Assembly: GCA_964412505.1 (NCBI GenBank)
Contig: CAYPOM010000006.1
Span: 9,437 to 73,436, forward strand
Direction: 5' to 3'
DNA from: an uncultured Alphaproteobacteria bacterium
Lineage (GTDB): Bacteria > Pseudomonadota > Alphaproteobacteria > UBA3830 > CAYLKK01
DNA: 64,000 nt
Shown here piece by piece: positions 9,464-19,195 of this stretch. Each line of letters starts with the position of its first letter. The stretch's first letter is position 1. Under the pieces are notes generated by a model, which worked only from the letters and a program-made list of their open reading frames with translations, searched no databases and was not told where the DNA came from. Both the position numbers and the translations under genes were made by a program.

Positions 9464-10453
9464 ATGCAACATGTAATTTTAACAGGTGATAGACCGACTG
9501 GTTGTTTACATCTTGGACATTTTGTAGGCTCTTTACAGCAACGTGTTTATCTACAAGAGCAATATTTACAATATATAATGATTGCAGATATACAAGCACT
9601 TACAGACTATTTTGAGAATCCTAAACTTGTCACTCAGAATGTTGCAGAAGTCATAAAAGATTATTTAGCTGTTGGGATAGATCCACAAAAAAGCATAATT
9701 TTCATCCAATCAAAAATCACAGAATTGGCAGAATTGACAATGTTTTTTTTAAATCTAGTTTCTATGTCTAGACTACAAAGAAATCCTACAATTAAAACAG
9801 AAATACAACTTAGAGGATTCCAAGAATCAATCCCAGCCGGTTTTTTGTGCTATCCAGTAAGTCAAGCAGCAGATATAACACTATTCAATGCAACACTTGT
9901 ACCTGCCGGAGAAGATCAGGCGCCTATGATAGAACAAACTAATGAAATTGTTAGGAAGTTCAATCGCATATACGAAACTGACTGCTTAAAAGAAGTAGAA
10001 TTAATGCTCAGTCACACTCCTAGATTAGTCGGAATTGACGGAAGAGCAAAAGCTTCAAAGTCGTTAAAAAATGCAATTTTTTTATCAGACAGTGCGGACG
10101 AAATAAAAGACAAAGTTTTTTCTATGTATACAGATCCAAATCACATTAAAGTTTCAGATCCGGGAAACGTTGATGGAAATGTTGTTTTTGAGTATTTAGA
10201 CGCTTTTTATCATGATAAAAATGAAGTTGCAGACTTGAAAGAAAAATATAAAAAAGGCGGCCTTGGTGATATGACACTAAAAAAGCTACTAAATGAAACT
10301 TTGCAAAGCATGCTTAAACCGATAAGAGAAAAAAGAGCGTCAATCGATACTAATTATGCACTTGAAGTAGCATTAGAAGGCACAGAAAAAGCACAAAAAA
10401 CAGCACAAGCGACAATCAAGCAAGTGAAAGAAGCCATAGGAATTTTGTACTAA
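9464..10453 (+). CDS. trpS: tryptophan--tRNA ligase
   Basis: 329 aa class I aaRS. HIGH-type motif TGCLHLGHFVGS, KMSKS-type KASKSL, overall TrpS size. Confidence 0.93.
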   Translation: MQHVILTGDRPTGCLHLGHFVGSLQQRVYLQEQYLQYIMIADIQALTDYFENPKLVTQNVAEVIKDYLAVGIDPQKSIIFIQSKITELAELTMFFLNLVSMSRLQRNPTIKTEIQLRGFQESIPAGFLCYPVSQAADITLFNATLVPAGEDQAPMIEQTNEIVRKFNRIYETDCLKEVELMLSHTPRLVGIDGRAKASKSLKNAIFLSDSADEIKDKVFSMYTDPNHIKVSDPGNVDGNVVFEYLDAFYHDKNEVADLKEKYKKGGLGDMTLKKLLNETLQSMLKPIREKRASIDTNYALEVALEGTEKAQKTAQATIKQVKEAIGILY

Positions 10454-10613
10454 AATTATTATACATAATCGTAAAATTGTATACTATGTCAAATAATTTG
10501 AGAAAATTCGCTATATATCGCGTTTAGTCTGCCCAATAGATCAATAGTAAATCTATCATTGACTATATACTTATTCAGTCGTAAGATTAATTTAATATTT
10601 ATTAGAGGAAATA

Positions 10614-11000
10614 ATGAAAAAATATATGATACTAGGATGTTTATTGCCACTCTTTCCTGTATACGAAGGTTGTTCAGGATGCCTGAAATACAGGTCGGCA
10701 TTTGAAAGCTTCAAAACGACAAACGGAGACTTTGATAAAAGCAAATTTACGGAACAAAATATACAAGCATTCATTTCCGCCCGAACAAAAGATATAGAGG
10801 ATTTAGATCCGATTCATAATCTTTCATATGATTATTATAAAAAAATGCTTGAAAAGCAAATTAGCTGCGTTACGTCTCTTAAAAACTTACTTAATTTGCA
10901 AGCAGATAAAAAAGAAGTTGAAAAAGAATTTTTGGAACAATATAAAGACGATATAATGCTAACAGAACTAATAAACAAAGTATTTGCGAACTCAAACTAA
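10614..11000 (+). CDS. small exported protein or lipoprotein, unknown function
   Basis: 128 aa. Hydrophobic N-terminus MKKYMILGCLLPLFPVYEGCSGC with several Cys. The stop abuts the recG start, suggesting an operon. Confidence 0.5.
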   Translation: MKKYMILGCLLPLFPVYEGCSGCLKYRSAFESFKTTNGDFDKSKFTEQNIQAFISARTKDIEDLDPIHNLSYDYYKKMLEKQISCVTSLKNLLNLQADKKEVEKEFLEQYKDDIMLTELINKVFANSN

Positions 11001-13031
11001 ATGAATAAACTATTTGAGCCATTTTCTAAATATTTACTGCTTTCTGACTATTCCAAAAAGTTATTAATCAAATGTTGTGGAGAACGAGTCATCGATTTGC
11101 TCATGCATTTCCCTTCTTCTGTTTTAGAAATAACAGATAATTTAGAGAAATGCTTAAAAGCAAATTCATGCAAAGATGAGGTAGATGGAAGACTGCCTTT
11201 TTTCAATGCAGTAGTTACAGTTTGTGATTATGAAATTCCATCAAATAAAGCAAAACCATTTAAAATCGTTTGTTCTAGTGATTATGGTGAGTTTTATATA
11301 AGCTATTTTTCTTGGTATTTAAAAACAATCAAAAAGCTTTATCCAATCGGAGAGCAGGTATCCGTTAGCGGACGTATAAGTAGATACAAAAACTCTTTAC
11401 AAATGGCTCATCCAGACAAAGTCGGAAAACTGGACATTGCCAAATATTGGAACGGAGTAGAACCGATTTATCCAACAATCGCGAATCTTTCAAATGAATT
11501 TATTTCGATGCAAATCAGAAAAGTTTTAAAACTTGTAGAAGATATTGACGAATGGATTCCAGAGCAAATTTTAGAAGAGAATGGCTGGGAATCGTTTGTT
11601 AATTCAATATATAAAATTCACCATCCAAAATCATATGAAGATATTTCTATTTTTTCTAAACCTAGAGAAAGAATAGCTTTCGATGAAATTTTAGCCAACC
11701 AAATTGGCCTTATGAATATAAGAAAAAAAGTCGAGTCAATTACAGGCTCGGCTTTCGCAAAAAACGATAATTTCATAAATAAAGTAAATTTGCCATTCGA
11801 TCTTACAGATGACCAAAAGACGGTTTTAGAAGACATTTATGCAGATTTATCAAATCAAAAGCCAATGAACAGGTTAATTCAAGGCGATGTCGGATCAGGA
11901 AAAACTGTTGTTGCATTTTTATCAATGCTAAGCGTAATTTCTGGAGGAGGACAAGTTGCGTTTATTGCTCCGACAGAAGTTTTAGCCACACAACATTATG
12001 AAAAAATCAAAGAATTAGCAAAAGATCTACATATTAATATAGATTTGATTATCGCTAAAAATCGTAAATACAGAGATAGCCAAATTCGCTGTTTAAAATC
12101 TGGATTTACAAATATTGCTATTGGAACGCATGCATTACTTGAAGACAACATCGAGTTTCAAAAACTTGGTTTAGTTGTGATAGATGAACAGCAAAGATTC
12201 GGCGTAATGCAAAGGCTAAAATTAATAGAGAAAGGAAAGGGAGTAAATTCACTATACCTATCTGCAACACCAATCCCAAGAACGTTAGTCCTTAGCATAT
12301 TTGGGGATCTAGACGTTTCAACTATTAAAACAAAGCCTAAATATAGACAACCTATAGAAACAGCTATATTAAGCCAAAAGAGGATAGATGATGTTATTGC
12401 CAGAATAAATGTATTCGACCAACAAGTATATTGGATATGCCCTCTTATAGAAGAATCTGAAACTAAAAAAATGTCTAACGTATCTGATAGATTTGATTAT
12501 CTAAAAAATCGCATATCGTCTGTAGGTTTTTTGCATGGAAAAATGAAATCAGAAGAAAAGCAAAAAGCTCTAGATGATTTTAAAGACAATAAATTTAAAG
12601 TATTAGTATCTACAACCGTTATAGAAGTTGGCATAGATGTTCCAAACGCAAATATTATTGTTATAGAAAACGCAGAAAATTTTGGTCTATCTCAACTTCA
12701 CCAATTACGCGGGCGAGTCGGACGAGGAAAAGATAAGTCATACTGTATACTTCTGTATGGAAATAATATTTCAAAAGATGGAATTAATAGGTTGAGTATA
12801 TTGAAAAATACTAATGATGGATTTGAGCTAAGCGAGGCTGACATGCGTATACGTGGATATGGAAATATTTTAGGAACAGAGCAAAGCGGCTTTAATTCAT
12901 TCAAGTACTGCGATTTATCTAAACAACAAAATTTATTAGAAATAGCCAATAAAATCGCAAGTAACATCACAATAAACAAAGAAGCATTACTCAACATATA
13001 TAAAAAAAATGAAAATTTAATATTGATGTAA
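11001..13031 (+). CDS. recG: ATP-dependent DNA helicase RecG
   Basis: 676 aa. Wedge/OB N-terminus, helicase motifs GDVGSGKT, DEQQRFG, SATPIPRT, QLHQLRGRVGRG. Confidence 0.95.
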   Translation: MNKLFEPFSKYLLLSDYSKKLLIKCCGERVIDLLMHFPSSVLEITDNLEKCLKANSCKDEVDGRLPFFNAVVTVCDYEIPSNKAKPFKIVCSSDYGEFYISYFSWYLKTIKKLYPIGEQVSVSGRISRYKNSLQMAHPDKVGKLDIAKYWNGVEPIYPTIANLSNEFISMQIRKVLKLVEDIDEWIPEQILEENGWESFVNSIYKIHHPKSYEDISIFSKPRERIAFDEILANQIGLMNIRKKVESITGSAFAKNDNFINKVNLPFDLTDDQKTVLEDIYADLSNQKPMNRLIQGDVGSGKTVVAFLSMLSVISGGGQVAFIAPTEVLATQHYEKIKELAKDLHINIDLIIAKNRKYRDSQIRCLKSGFTNIAIGTHALLEDNIEFQKLGLVVIDEQQRFGVMQRLKLIEKGKGVNSLYLSATPIPRTLVLSIFGDLDVSTIKTKPKYRQPIETAILSQKRIDDVIARINVFDQQVYWICPLIEESETKKMSNVSDRFDYLKNRISSVGFLHGKMKSEEKQKALDDFKDNKFKVLVSTTVIEVGIDVPNANIIVIENAENFGLSQLHQLRGRVGRGKDKSYCILLYGNNISKDGINRLSILKNTNDGFELSEADMRIRGYGNILGTEQSGFNSFKYCDLSKQQNLLEIANKIASNITINKEALLNIYKKNENLILM

Positions 13032-13116
13032 TCACTATTTAGAAAGAATATAAAAGATCTTGTATACTTAAGCAAAAACTATCAATCACGAATAAACATT
13101 GGAAATAACACAAATA

Positions 13117-13145
13117 TTGTTTTTAAAAACGCGATTTGGTATACT
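13117..13145 (+). promoter_or_regulatory. candidate sigma70 promoter for rpmF-plsX-fabH
   Basis: TTGTTT (13117-13122), a 17-nt spacer ending in TGG (extended -10), then TATACT (13140-13145), about 40 nt upstream of the rpmF ATG. Confidence 0.45.
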
Positions 13146-13184
13146 AGAAGAAATTTTATTATATTGATTTATTAGAGGTTTTGT

Positions 13185-13379
13185 ATGGCTGTTCCAAAGA
13201 AAAAGGTATCTAAATCGCGCAGAGATTTAAGACGTTCACATTTAGCTTTAAAGCGTTTTAATGGTCTTGGCGTATGTAAGAATTGTGGTGCGACTGTAAT
13301 GCCTCACAATGCATGTGAAGTATGCGGTCAATATAACGGCATGCAAATATTGAAAGATAAAAGAATTAGCGCTCAATAA
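13185..13379 (+). CDS. rpmF: 50S ribosomal protein L32
   Basis: MAVPKKKVSKSRRDLRRSH plus the CxxC...CxxC zinc ribbon (CKNCG...CEVCG). Confidence 0.95.
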   Translation: MAVPKKKVSKSRRDLRRSHLALKRFNGLGVCKNCGATVMPHNACEVCGQYNGMQILKDKRISAQ

Positions 13380-13412
13380 TTTTATTTAACTAGCGCGGAA
13401 GCTGTCCAGAGT

Positions 13413-14441
13413 ATGTGTAAAGAAAGAAAGATCGCGATAGATACTATGGGCGGTGATTTAGGCCCAGAGGAAGCTGTAAAGGGCGTCGCAAACTCGATTC
13501 AAAACGGAGTACGTTTTAAATTGTATGGTGATTCTCATGTTTTGCATCAGCTTGTAGACGCGTATATTGAGCGCAAAGAAAGTATTGAGATTGTCCACGC
13601 AGATAATTTTGTCGATGCAGATTCGTCTATATTAAACTCATTAAAAAAGGCAAAATCATCTAGCATGGGTATGGCTATTAGTGCTGTAAAAAATGGAGAG
13701 GCAGATTTAGCAATATCAGCTGGCAATACTGGTATTTTGATGTCTCTTTCAAAGATTATTCTCAATACTATGAGCGGCATAGATAGGCCTGCTTTGGCAA
13801 CGGCTGTTCCTGGTAAGAATGGTAGATCGATAGTACTCGACTTAGGAGCTAATGCTGAATGTAGTGTTAGAAATCTAGTTGAATTTGCTGTTATGGGCGA
13901 AGCTCTTGCTCGATCTGTTTTTAACAAAGAAAATCCATCTATATCTATCCTGAATATAGGCTCAGAATCTGGAAAAGGCAGTCATTTGATTAAAGACACT
14001 GCAGCCATAATTTCAAATATGTTCCATTCTTATATCGGATATATTGAAGCAGATAAAATTATAAATGGTGATGTTGATGTTGTTGTAGCAGATGGTTTTT
14101 CTGGAAATATAGCGTTAAAAGCAATGGAAGGCGCTGCCCGTTTTGTCTTAAATGAATTCAAAAATATGTTCCGCTCTGGAATAATATCAAAAATATCAGC
14201 AGCATTATTGATGAAAAAGTTAAAAAATATGGCACAGCAATATAATCCACAAAAGCACAATGGAGCTATATTACTTGGGCTAAATGGATTAGTCGTGAAA
14301 GCACATGGAAATAGCAATTCAGTTGGGTTTGAAGCCGCGATAAAATTTGCAATTGATGTTCTTTCCGATAATATATTTGAAAGGATTAGGCAGCAGCTAG
14401 AAGCTAAACAAACTACGTTAGAACAAGTAGATTCATTTTAG
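13413..14441 (+). CDS. plsX: phosphate acyltransferase PlsX
   Basis: 342 aa. IAIDTMGGDLGPEE start, SAGNTG and DGFSGNIALK motifs. Conserved rpmF-plsX-fabH order. Confidence 0.93.
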   Translation: MCKERKIAIDTMGGDLGPEEAVKGVANSIQNGVRFKLYGDSHVLHQLVDAYIERKESIEIVHADNFVDADSSILNSLKKAKSSSMGMAISAVKNGEADLAISAGNTGILMSLSKIILNTMSGIDRPALATAVPGKNGRSIVLDLGANAECSVRNLVEFAVMGEALARSVFNKENPSISILNIGSESGKGSHLIKDTAAIISNMFHSYIGYIEADKIINGDVDVVVADGFSGNIALKAMEGAARFVLNEFKNMFRSGIISKISAALLMKKLKNMAQQYNPQKHNGAILLGLNGLVVKAHGNSNSVGFEAAIKFAIDVLSDNIFERIRQQLEAKQTTLEQVDSF

Positions 14442-14453
14442 TGGAGATCTCTC

Positions 14454-15398
14454 ATGCACTCTGTTATTTCAGGATTCGGGTCTTTTTTACCTAGTAAATG
14501 TGTAAATAATGTAGACCTACCTAGTCATTTAAATACTTCTAATGAGTGGATAGTTCAACGGACAGGTATTAAACAGAGATTCATAGTATCATCAGATGAG
14601 AAAACATCTGATCTAGCTATGAATGCATGCAAAAACGCGTTAGTAGACGCTAATATTTCACCATCTGATATAGATGCAATCATCGTAGGAACAGTAACAC
14701 CAGATTTAACATTTCCATCTGTCGCAACAATTATTCAAAAAGAACTAGGCATTCCAAATGCATTTGCATTTGATTTAAGTGCAGCGTGCAGTGGTTTTTT
14801 ATATGCAATGGATGTAGCAGATTCATATATAAAACTTGGGAAGATAAAAAGAGCATTAGTCGTAGGGGCTGACACTTTCTCTAAGATAGTAGATTGGAAT
14901 GATAGGTCTAGCTGCGTTTTGTTCGGAGATGGTGCAGGTGCTGTAGTATTAGAATCTTCAGATTTATCTGACAAAGGCATTCAGGATACTATTTTATTTT
15001 CCAATGGATGTATAGATGAATTAAAAACAAATGGAGGAGTTTCTAGCACTCAAAACTCAGGTTTTGTCCAAATGAATGGAAAAGAAGTTTTCAGATCTGC
15101 AATAGAGGTTATGAAAAACGCTGTTTCAGAAATTATGCATAGAAATAATCTCACACAAAGTGATGTAGATTTCCTTATTCCGCATCAAGCTAATTTGAGA
15201 ATTATTTCCGCATTAGCTGAATCCTTAAACTTTGCAATGGAAAAGGTGATAGTTTCTGTAGATGAACACGCCAATACCTCCGCTGCATCGATTCCGCTAG
15301 CTATGGCAAGCCACAAACAAAAAATTATAGGGAAAAATGTTATTTTGGTCTCTATGGGAGCCGGATTTACATGGGGTGCTTCATATATCAAAATGTGA
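14454..15398 (+). CDS. fabH: 3-oxoacyl-ACP synthase III
   Basis: 314 aa. Active-site AACSGF, HQAN, and GAGFTWG C-terminus. Confidence 0.93.
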   Translation: MHSVISGFGSFLPSKCVNNVDLPSHLNTSNEWIVQRTGIKQRFIVSSDEKTSDLAMNACKNALVDANISPSDIDAIIVGTVTPDLTFPSVATIIQKELGIPNAFAFDLSAACSGFLYAMDVADSYIKLGKIKRALVVGADTFSKIVDWNDRSSCVLFGDGAGAVVLESSDLSDKGIQDTILFSNGCIDELKTNGGVSSTQNSGFVQMNGKEVFRSAIEVMKNAVSEIMHRNNLTQSDVDFLIPHQANLRIISALAESLNFAMEKVIVSVDEHANTSAASIPLAMASHKQKIIGKNVILVSMGAGFTWGASYIKM

Positions 15399-15406
15399 GA
15401 ACAGAT

Positions 15407-15715
15407 ATGAAAGAATTTGAAAAAGCATTAACGACAAAGATATCATTAGGAAATCATATATTTAAATATGTGAAATTACCTATTAGTACACTTGATGATT
15501 GTGTAAGTATATTTTTTAATGAAATATCTGAAGCTTTAGCAATTGGAGAAAACGTAAAATTGCAAGATTTTGGAACATTTATTGTCAGAGAAAAAGCAGC
15601 AAGATCCGTTAGGAATCCAAATACAGATGGGATGGTAGATCTTCCTGCTAGCCGTTGCGTAACGTTTAGAAGCTCTAGAGCGTTAAAAAATATTCTAAAT
15701 GGAGAAAATAAATGA
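15407..15715 (+). CDS. ihfA: integration host factor subunit alpha (HU/IHF family)
   Basis: DFGTFIVREKAARSVRNPNTDGMVDLPASRCVTFRSSRALK matches the IHF-alpha arm and the RVVTFR..LK signature. Position after fabH is as in other alphaproteobacteria. ATG at 15407. Confidence 0.85.
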   Translation: MKEFEKALTTKISLGNHIFKYVKLPISTLDDCVSIFFNEISEALAIGENVKLQDFGTFIVREKAARSVRNPNTDGMVDLPASRCVTFRSSRALKNILNGENK

Positions 15716-16080
15716 TCAAACCACTTTTTTCTATAGCGATAGTTTTATTATGCTTATCATCCTGCGAAAAAAACATAGATACAAGAGGAACTTATATACC
15801 TGGCGACAATTTAAAAAAGCTAAAAATTGGCGTAGATAAGTATGAAGATGTACTGCAAAAATGCGGTTCTCCATACATGATGATCACTAAAGATGAGTGG
15901 GTATACTTATCTAAAAAAGAAGTCAGAGTGCCATTAAGAAAAGATTCTATTATCAAAGAAAAAAATGTGAGAATAAAATTTAATCAAAAAGGAGTCTTAG
16001 AAAATGTAGATTCGATACATTTGAAAAAAGCAAATATATCGACAGATTCAGCATCTACAGATGTAAACAAAAAACTTTAA
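15712..16080 (+). CDS. bamE: outer membrane protein assembly factor BamE (SmpA/OmlA lipoprotein)
   Basis: Lipobox LLCLSSC. The 'LKKLKIGVDKYEDVLQKCGSP' segment is typical of SmpA/OmlA. ATGA overlap with ihfA. Confidence 0.7.
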   Translation: MIKPLFSIAIVLLCLSSCEKNIDTRGTYIPGDNLKKLKIGVDKYEDVLQKCGSPYMMITKDEWVYLSKKEVRVPLRKDSIIKEKNVRIKFNQKGVLENVDSIHLKKANISTDSASTDVNKKL

Positions 16081-16164
16081 TAAACGTAACGATTCGCTTG
16101 ATTATCTGCTAATTTTTACAATGCTTTATAAATAATTTTATCAAATAAAAAGAGACGTTATGCT

Positions 16165-16575
16165 ATGAACGTTATAGATATTTCAGATGAAAATGATACC
16201 AAGCAATTAGCAGAAAAGTTAGCATTAGCCTCTACTAAAGGAGATTGCTTAGCACTTTTTGGCGATTTAGGATGTGGGAAAACGACATTTGCAAAATATT
16301 TTATTCAAGCATTAACTTCCCCTACTCTACCAATTCAAAGTCCGACATTTAACATTATTAAAACATACGATTCTGATGTATGTACAATTCTACACGCAGA
16401 TTTATATCGTTTAGAAACATTTGATGATATACTAAATATAGGAATTTTAGATGAGTTGCATGATAAAATATCAATAATAGAATGGCCTGAATTAATAGAA
16501 AAGCATTTACCTAAAAAGAGCAAAAAGCTGAAATTCAAATTTAGCGGGAAAAAGAGAATAGTTGAATTTTTATGA
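16165..16575 (+). CDS. tsaE: tRNA t6A37 biosynthesis ATPase TsaE (YjeE)
   Basis: 136 aa. GDLGCGKTTFAKYF P-loop, SPTFNII, HADLYRL motifs. Confidence 0.88.
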   Translation: MNVIDISDENDTKQLAEKLALASTKGDCLALFGDLGCGKTTFAKYFIQALTSPTLPIQSPTFNIIKTYDSDVCTILHADLYRLETFDDILNIGILDELHDKISIIEWPELIEKHLPKKSKKLKFKFSGKKRIVEFL

Positions 16576-19193
16576 ATGAATGCATATATATTCCAGCTCA
16601 AGATGATTTTTTAAATTCAATAATTCGAATTTTTTTTAAGAATTTAGATTGTAAAGATACAACAAATATAAAGATTTTTTTACCTACTACAAGAAGCTGC
16701 AGAAAATTAAGAAAAAAATTTTTTGATTGTGGCATAACAACGATTATTCCAGAGATTATTTGTCCACTTAGCAAAAGCAAATTCACTAATGATGATCAAA
16801 TAGATCAATTCACTCAAATCATACCAATCTTAGATATATATAAGATAATAAGATTTAATAGCTCATTTTATTCACGACTTTCCTTAGCAAAAGATATATT
16901 GAAATTTATAGAACAACTATTTTTTGAGAAATTATCTCTTGAAGATGTATCAGCTTATTGCAGCCAATCTATGCATACTATTAATGATAAATTATCAGAA
17001 TGTATAGCCAATTCAATGCAATTAGATAGTGTACAAAATTACATAAATGATAAAGCATTTTATATTATTTCTTTAGAAAAAGAAAAACTATCAAAAAAGC
17101 AGATTACCATAATTGCTGGATTTAATTTCGCTCATAGATACATAATGGATTTAATAAAGTACTATTGTAATAATGCTCATTGTATTTTTATTCAACAAGA
17201 AAATTTATTTGGTTCAGAAAAATGTGCACATTACCTAGGTTTAAAATCGACAATTAATAAACCAAACACTATTACGAAAACGATATATTTATTAGAACAA
17301 AAAAACATATACGAAGAAGCTGAAAACATAGCAATTTTAGCAAACAAATATTTGCTAGAAAACCGTGATATTACAATTGTATCCAATAACAAACACTTCA
17401 ATTGTATCCTAGAGAAAGCATTGCTAAATTTTCAAATTTATCCAGATAATTCAAGCGGACAAAAATTTGTAGATACTGACATCGGAAAATTCTTTATAAA
17501 TCTATTAAACTGTTTTTCTGATAACTTTTCTATTCAGTCTGTTTTACAACTGTTTTCTTCTATTGAAAAGATTACAAACCAATTAGATATAAAGTATCGC
17601 AGAAGTATTCAAGAATTTTATGAAAGTTTAGGATATTTATACACTAAACACAAAACTATTTTTGGAAATTTTATAGATAACTACAGCATAATTGTTGCAA
17701 ACAATAAAGATACATTTATATTATCTATTCTAGATATAATTCTAAAACACTATCAAATTTTTCATAAAGACAAAGATAACATTAAAATCTTTTTAGATAC
17801 ATTTAAAACATTATTTCATGAAATTTTGCATACTTTGTTAGAAGATAAGAACACTATCAAAATAGTTGCCCAAATATTTAATCTATTATCTACTTTAAAT
17901 ATAACAAACTTAGACACTGAAAATGTAATATTTTTAATACGAGATATTGTAAAAGACATTACAGAAAGAACGCCTATCGGGTTTACTGAAAGAATAAGAA
18001 TATTAGCTCCAATAGAAGCACAACTAATAAAGCCAGATGTTTGCATCGTCTGTAATTTTAATGATTCCAGCTGGCAAAAAGATAATGAGAATTTTTTCGT
18101 TACTAATGAAATTCGCGAAAAATTATCTCTGGACTGGGCTAACAGACGCAATTTAAATTTAATAGATTTGTTTTTTACTTTAGCATCAAGTGCAGAAGCA
18201 ATGATATTTTCCAATGCGACAACAGGGCCGATTTCAGGAACTAATATGAGCTCATACCTAGAATGTTTTAATGCTAATATTGAAAAAATTCAATTAGACT
18301 GCTTCAATAAATTTAAGGAAGAATGCACAAATGAGAAGAAAAAAAACATTAGTGTTCTGAATCGCAATATACAAACTTCTATAGGCATAAATGATCTAAA
18401 CTCAACATGTATAGAACTTTCTGTAACTGATATATGTGATCTCGCGAATAATCCTTATGAGTTTTATGCGAAAAAAATTCTAAAACTTCCTGTAATAAAT
18501 TTAGAAATAAATCATGATAATTTTAGAGCGATTCGCGGAAGTATTATTCATAAATCTATAGAATATATTGAAAAAAATATAGAAAAATTTTTCTCTCAAG
18601 ATAGAGAACAATTAATAAAAAATAGAATAATAGATCTAGCTAATTCATCAAAAATAAAAGATATTTACAAAAAAGATTTACTTATATGTATAGATAAGAT
18701 TTTGTTTTATTATACGAAAAATATCCAAAACAACGACGAAACTTTTATAGAACATTCAGGCGAACTTATTATAGAATTAGCCAATAAGACAAATGTGAAA
18801 ATTAAATGTATTGCTGATAGAATCGATAGATACAATGACAGTATAATTATTACAGATTTTAAAACAGGCAAGCTTCCTACTATTGCTGAGATTATCAACT
18901 TTCAAAAACCTCAAATAGGAATAGAATCTTTAATTTTCTCGCAAAATGAAAATATCAATGATTTTCTGCTTTTGCAGCTTGGGAAAAGTAGAAATAATCA
19001 AAAGAAAATAACACTAAACGATATCATAAAGCATCGAGATGTAAAAAATATAGATGAATTTTTAGAAAAATATCGCCAAGAATTAACAAATCTTCTGAAT
19101 AAGTTTTTTGTAGAAAAAAGCAATTTCGAGCAAAATTTAGATGCACATTATAATGAATATTCGCATCTTGGCAGAATAAAGGAGTACTGTTAA
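16572..19193 (+). CDS. addB: double-strand break repair protein AddB (alphaproteobacterial type)
   Basis: 873 aa. 4-nt overlap with tsaE and immediately upstream of addA. C-terminal PD-(D/E)XK nuclease motif (IADRIDRY...IIITDFKTGKLP). Confidence 0.8.
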   Translation: MNECIYIPAQDDFLNSIIRIFFKNLDCKDTTNIKIFLPTTRSCRKLRKKFFDCGITTIIPEIICPLSKSKFTNDDQIDQFTQIIPILDIYKIIRFNSSFYSRLSLAKDILKFIEQLFFEKLSLEDVSAYCSQSMHTINDKLSECIANSMQLDSVQNYINDKAFYIISLEKEKLSKKQITIIAGFNFAHRYIMDLIKYYCNNAHCIFIQQENLFGSEKCAHYLGLKSTINKPNTITKTIYLLEQKNIYEEAENIAILANKYLLENRDITIVSNNKHFNCILEKALLNFQIYPDNSSGQKFVDTDIGKFFINLLNCFSDNFSIQSVLQLFSSIEKITNQLDIKYRRSIQEFYESLGYLYTKHKTIFGNFIDNYSIIVANNKDTFILSILDIILKHYQIFHKDKDNIKIFLDTFKTLFHEILHTLLEDKNTIKIVAQIFNLLSTLNITNLDTENVIFLIRDIVKDITERTPIGFTERIRILAPIEAQLIKPDVCIVCNFNDSSWQKDNENFFVTNEIREKLSLDWANRRNLNLIDLFFTLASSAEAMIFSNATTGPISGTNMSSYLECFNANIEKIQLDCFNKFKEECTNEKKKNISVLNRNIQTSIGINDLNSTCIELSVTDICDLANNPYEFYAKKILKLPVINLEINHDNFRAIRGSIIHKSIEYIEKNIEKFFSQDREQLIKNRIIDLANSSKIKDIYKKDLLICIDKILFYYTKNIQNNDETFIEHSGELIIELANKTNVKIKCIADRIDRYNDSIIITDFKTGKLPTIAEIINFQKPQIGIESLIFSQNENINDFLLLQLGKSRNNQKKITLNDIIKHRDVKNIDEFLEKYRQELTNLLNKFFVEKSNFEQNLDAHYNEYSHLGRIKEYC

Positions 19194-19195
19194 TA